Shown: one piece after another, positions 60,794-64,000 of the stretch
Numbering within the stretch: position 1 is the first letter of the stretch
Layout: the number at the start of each line of letters is the position of its first letter
DNA from: Takakia lepidozioides
Taxonomy: Eukaryota > Plantae > Bryophyta
Length of the DNA: 64,000 bases
Direction: 5' to 3'
Assembly: GCA_030704615.1 (NCBI GenBank)
Contig: CM060731.1
Coordinates: 70,804,001 to 70,868,000, forward strand
Notes under the pieces: generated by a model
The model's database searches: none
The model's input: the letters and a program-made list of their open reading frames with translations, nothing else
Told to the model about the DNA's origin: nothing
Position numbers and translations under genes: made by a program

Positions 60794-63700
60794 CACTAGT
60801 ACAGAAACTGGTTTTTTTAACGGCTCTTCTCACACATTTTGGTGTGAAAAAAGCGCAAGTTCACAACCCCCCTTGGTGTTAGGTTAACCTAGTCCTTTGC
60901 ACCACATGTGAACTTTCTTGGTCCTGTGAAAAAAACCATCTCACACCAAACTTGCACCTGATGTGGCAGTAGGCTTAGGTGGCTCTTTTGACGGATATTT
61001 TGACGGTCGTTTTGACTGGTTAGTTCAACTACTATTTTGACTAAGTAATCTTAATGGTCTTTCTACGGTACTTATTACACCTCAGCGCCACCATGTTTGC
61101 CACATGTATGTCAAAGGGAATGCCACGTAATAGAGTCCATCAGAATTATTAAATAAATAATAGATATTAAGGGCTCTTCTTACGGACTCTCTCACACAGA
61201 TTTAACACCAGGTTCAAGTCGTGGTGTGATCGCAATGACACTAGTGTGAATACTGTCACATCCACTGTTTTGTTCCTATTGGATGAAAAATAACAATTAT
61301 TATTTGTTGACAAATGCCAAAATGAATAGTCATATTATTATTATTATTATTCTTATAATAAATGGGATAGCACCCCAAAAGCCATTGGCTGCTTGATTTA
61401 ATATGTAATATATTATTGTTTTAGAATTTTGATTTGTTTTGTTTCATTTAAACAAAAGCTTATTTAAAACATGGATAATAATTGTATTATGAACCACATT
61501 GACAGTAGTAATGTTATTAATATTAAATATAGCAAACAACCAGCAAAATACCACATTCATGTCTACACAAGTTTAATTTGGCTTGATGTGGGAAAATGAA
61601 GTTGCCTTTGAACAAGGGGATCTTGTGATCATACATGAGAATAGCAAGAGCATCAATTCAAAAAATACTGTTCATGTCAGAAGAGCAGTTTTGTTCACCT
61701 GTCTCAGCAACCTTCAATCCATAAAGAAAACTAAACTAAACTTGTAGCATCTTCAATATCACGCGTGTTTAATAAACTTTTCAGACCATAAGGTGGCACT
61801 TCCCTGCGTGTCACCCAATGTGGTATGATTAGGGGTAACAGAGTAGTCCGGGTATGCAACACAACCTCTGAAATCATGACCGATTTCACATGGATACGGT
61901 AATAGTTGTCTGCACATTTGCTTTCGGAAATCCAGCAATATATCCCACACCTGCCCTTCTTTTTGTGCACAAGGATCAAACAATAACACCTTGTCGCCGA
62001 TCTGAAACTGCAACAAAAACCAGATTCCTATATCAGAAATGAACCCTGGAGAACAGAGACTGACAGCTTGGCACTCCTGCAAAATGCATCCTCGTTCTTC
62101 CAGCAAACACCCCAACCCTACCTATTGCAGTACTTCCAATTCTGAATTGCATTTGCCTGTCTCTATACTCCATGCTGACATGATCAAAGGTGGAACGGTG
62201 CCATACCTAGTTGATAGCAGGTTCTGCATGGTCAACATGGATGTGGTAGGACGATGTCACAAAACTACCTTTGTAGGTTGTCAATCCTGCAGCTACACAG
62301 CGATACATAGGGGGTGTATTGATCCAGCATCAGACAAGGAAACAAAGAGGACAAAATTACTTACACTGTGCGGATTTTGTTGTATGGGTGCCCTGACACA
62401 TACTCAGGGATGTGTGCAGCCTTGGATACACCCTCTAACCAAGGCAGTAATTCTTTCATAAGCCTCTTGCAGTTTGGCTGATCCCTCAACTTCCATGGAT
62501 ACGGGAAGATGCAATTATTTGCAGGGTTGGGTAAGCAAGTGAGTGGGGAATCGTCCACCAGCAAAGTATTGGTTGGATTGTAATGGCTGTAGTCCTTCCA
62601 AAACTTACATAAGTTCTTGTACATGACAGTTTTAGAAGGATTGAGAGGGTCCACCATTCCCACAGGTTGGTCACAATAGTCTTGGTGAAGCACCATCTTT
62701 GGTTGCTTCCCAGGAAACAATGCTTTCACAACTGGAAGGACATTACTCAATGACATGGAAGACCATACACCTACATCAAAAATCTGAAGGCATCGGTCCA
62801 GAAACTCCTGACACCCAGGTCTGGAGGTGACAGTGGGCTCTAGGTGTTCCCTTGTTCGTAGTCTGCTCTCACATAACAATCCATTCAAGTCAAGTATAAG
62901 GATGTGTTTCTGCCTCTCAGTTGCCGAAGGGCAATTACCAACAACTTGTACATGATTATCATGTACAAAAGACACACCTTTGTGGGGCACTCTGCAAATT
63001 CATGGAGACCTCACAGGCATATTGAGAGGGTAGTACATATGCCGGAAGTGCTACTGGTGTAGGGGACAACAAAACGGATGAACACTTTGCAGTTGCCTCA
63101 ACAATATGGGGGGATGGATTGAGTTCACCTTCAGACCAACCCTCCATGTCATCATCCCCCTCCATTTCTGAAAGCCCAAACAATGAGCCTATTGTGTTTG
63201 GCTTTGGTGGCGGTGAAGAAACTGCCTTGAACAGGTTGAGTGGTGAGCCCATAACATGAGAAATAGTCTCATTTGTTGTGTGTGGCGCAAAGGTGGTGCA
63301 TGTGGTGGACCTGTAGGTTCCGAATCTGGCACATTCATGCCAAGTTTAGCTGCGAGCGCAATGTTGAATGCAGCTGCTGCCTCCAGTTGGCCTTGGACTG
63401 CTTCCAAAGCTGCCTTGGAGCTGGCTTCCATCTGCACTTGTTTGTTTTCCATAGCATCGAGGCGAGCTGCTAGTGAACCAATTCCCTGCCCCATCACATA
63501 GAACACCTCCAAAGTAACAATTCACTACACTGACTGATGAACTAGTAAGAAAACAGAACCAAACGGCAACTAGCAATGGCATGGAAATCACGAATATGTA
63601 ATTCACACCAGAATTGGTACTGAGTTTTATATACCGTTGTGGCTGCACTGCCTGTACACCCCGAGCCGTAGCCTTTGTCACTCCTGGCGCTACCGGCGAT

Positions 63701-64000
63701 CTCCTGCAAACTTGGTGTACGTCCAGTCCAGTCTCCTTCTCCTGTGATTGCAACAAACTTGCAAGTGTTAATGACTAGCATAGCACACTGCCAACAGTAA
63801 AGAATTATCTAGGATAGCGTCAATGACTCCCCCTCAATAAGAGTGCTTAGTTCTTGCTGGCGCCCAACTCTGAGAAGGCCCCCAAGTAGTAGCAATGTGT
63901 ACTAATTCAATGTGATAGGAATAGACTCTGAGCTCCAACCAAAAAAACCCAACACATAAAGTTTGTCAATGCAAAACAATGTGGGAACTTCCTATGTTGT
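60794..64000. mobile_element. Left part of a CACTA transposon
   Basis: Begins CACTAGTACAGAAAC, followed by subterminal TCACAC/GTGTGA and TTTTGAC(G)G repeats. A Tnp1-like fragment lies inside. Confidence 0.65.
61759..63512 (-). pseudogene. CACTA accessory gene remnant: coiled coil + NIF/FCP1-like HAD phosphatase (62361-62990) + Tnp1-like C-terminus
   Basis: ILILDLNGLL, RPGCQEFL, VGVWSS, YKNL and TLLVDDSP (NIF family). The end TLGDTQGSATLW resembles En/Spm Tnp1-type domains. Confidence 0.65.

Noticed and set aside
3333-60808. The two CACTA termini as ends of one element
   Set aside because: They face away from each other and their TIR sequences differ (CACTACTGCAAAA versus CACTAGTACAGAA).

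Overview
Eukaryotic, intron-rich land-plant DNA, probably from a non-seed plant (inference). 1-5.7 kb is a TE nest: the 5' end of a Ty3/gypsy element, the right end of a CACTA element and a decayed piggyBac-like transposase. 10-37.4 kb holds six host genes (GT47/exostosin, DET1, DUF220/SRPBCC protein, pterin-4a-carbinolamine dehydratase, DGAT2, L-gulonolactone oxidase) with MITEs and SINE-like inserts. 39-64 kb is a second TE nest: a dUTPase-bearing Ty3/gypsy element with a textbook -1 frameshift signal, a ~14 kb Mutator-like element, a solo LTR and the left end of a CACTA element. The ~14 kb element (about 45.0-59.35 kb) is the main candidate novelty. It encodes a GCM-domain/DDE/SWIM transposase and a divergent spliced ParB-like + beta-class amino-methyltransferase gene. 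It also carries about 40 copies of the palindrome GGAAATGCGG-YR-CCGCATTTCC, whose half-site resembles the GCM binding motif. Most copies sit in two arrays spaced at multiples of the DNA helical repeat. All domain calls are by-eye motif recognition, not database results.
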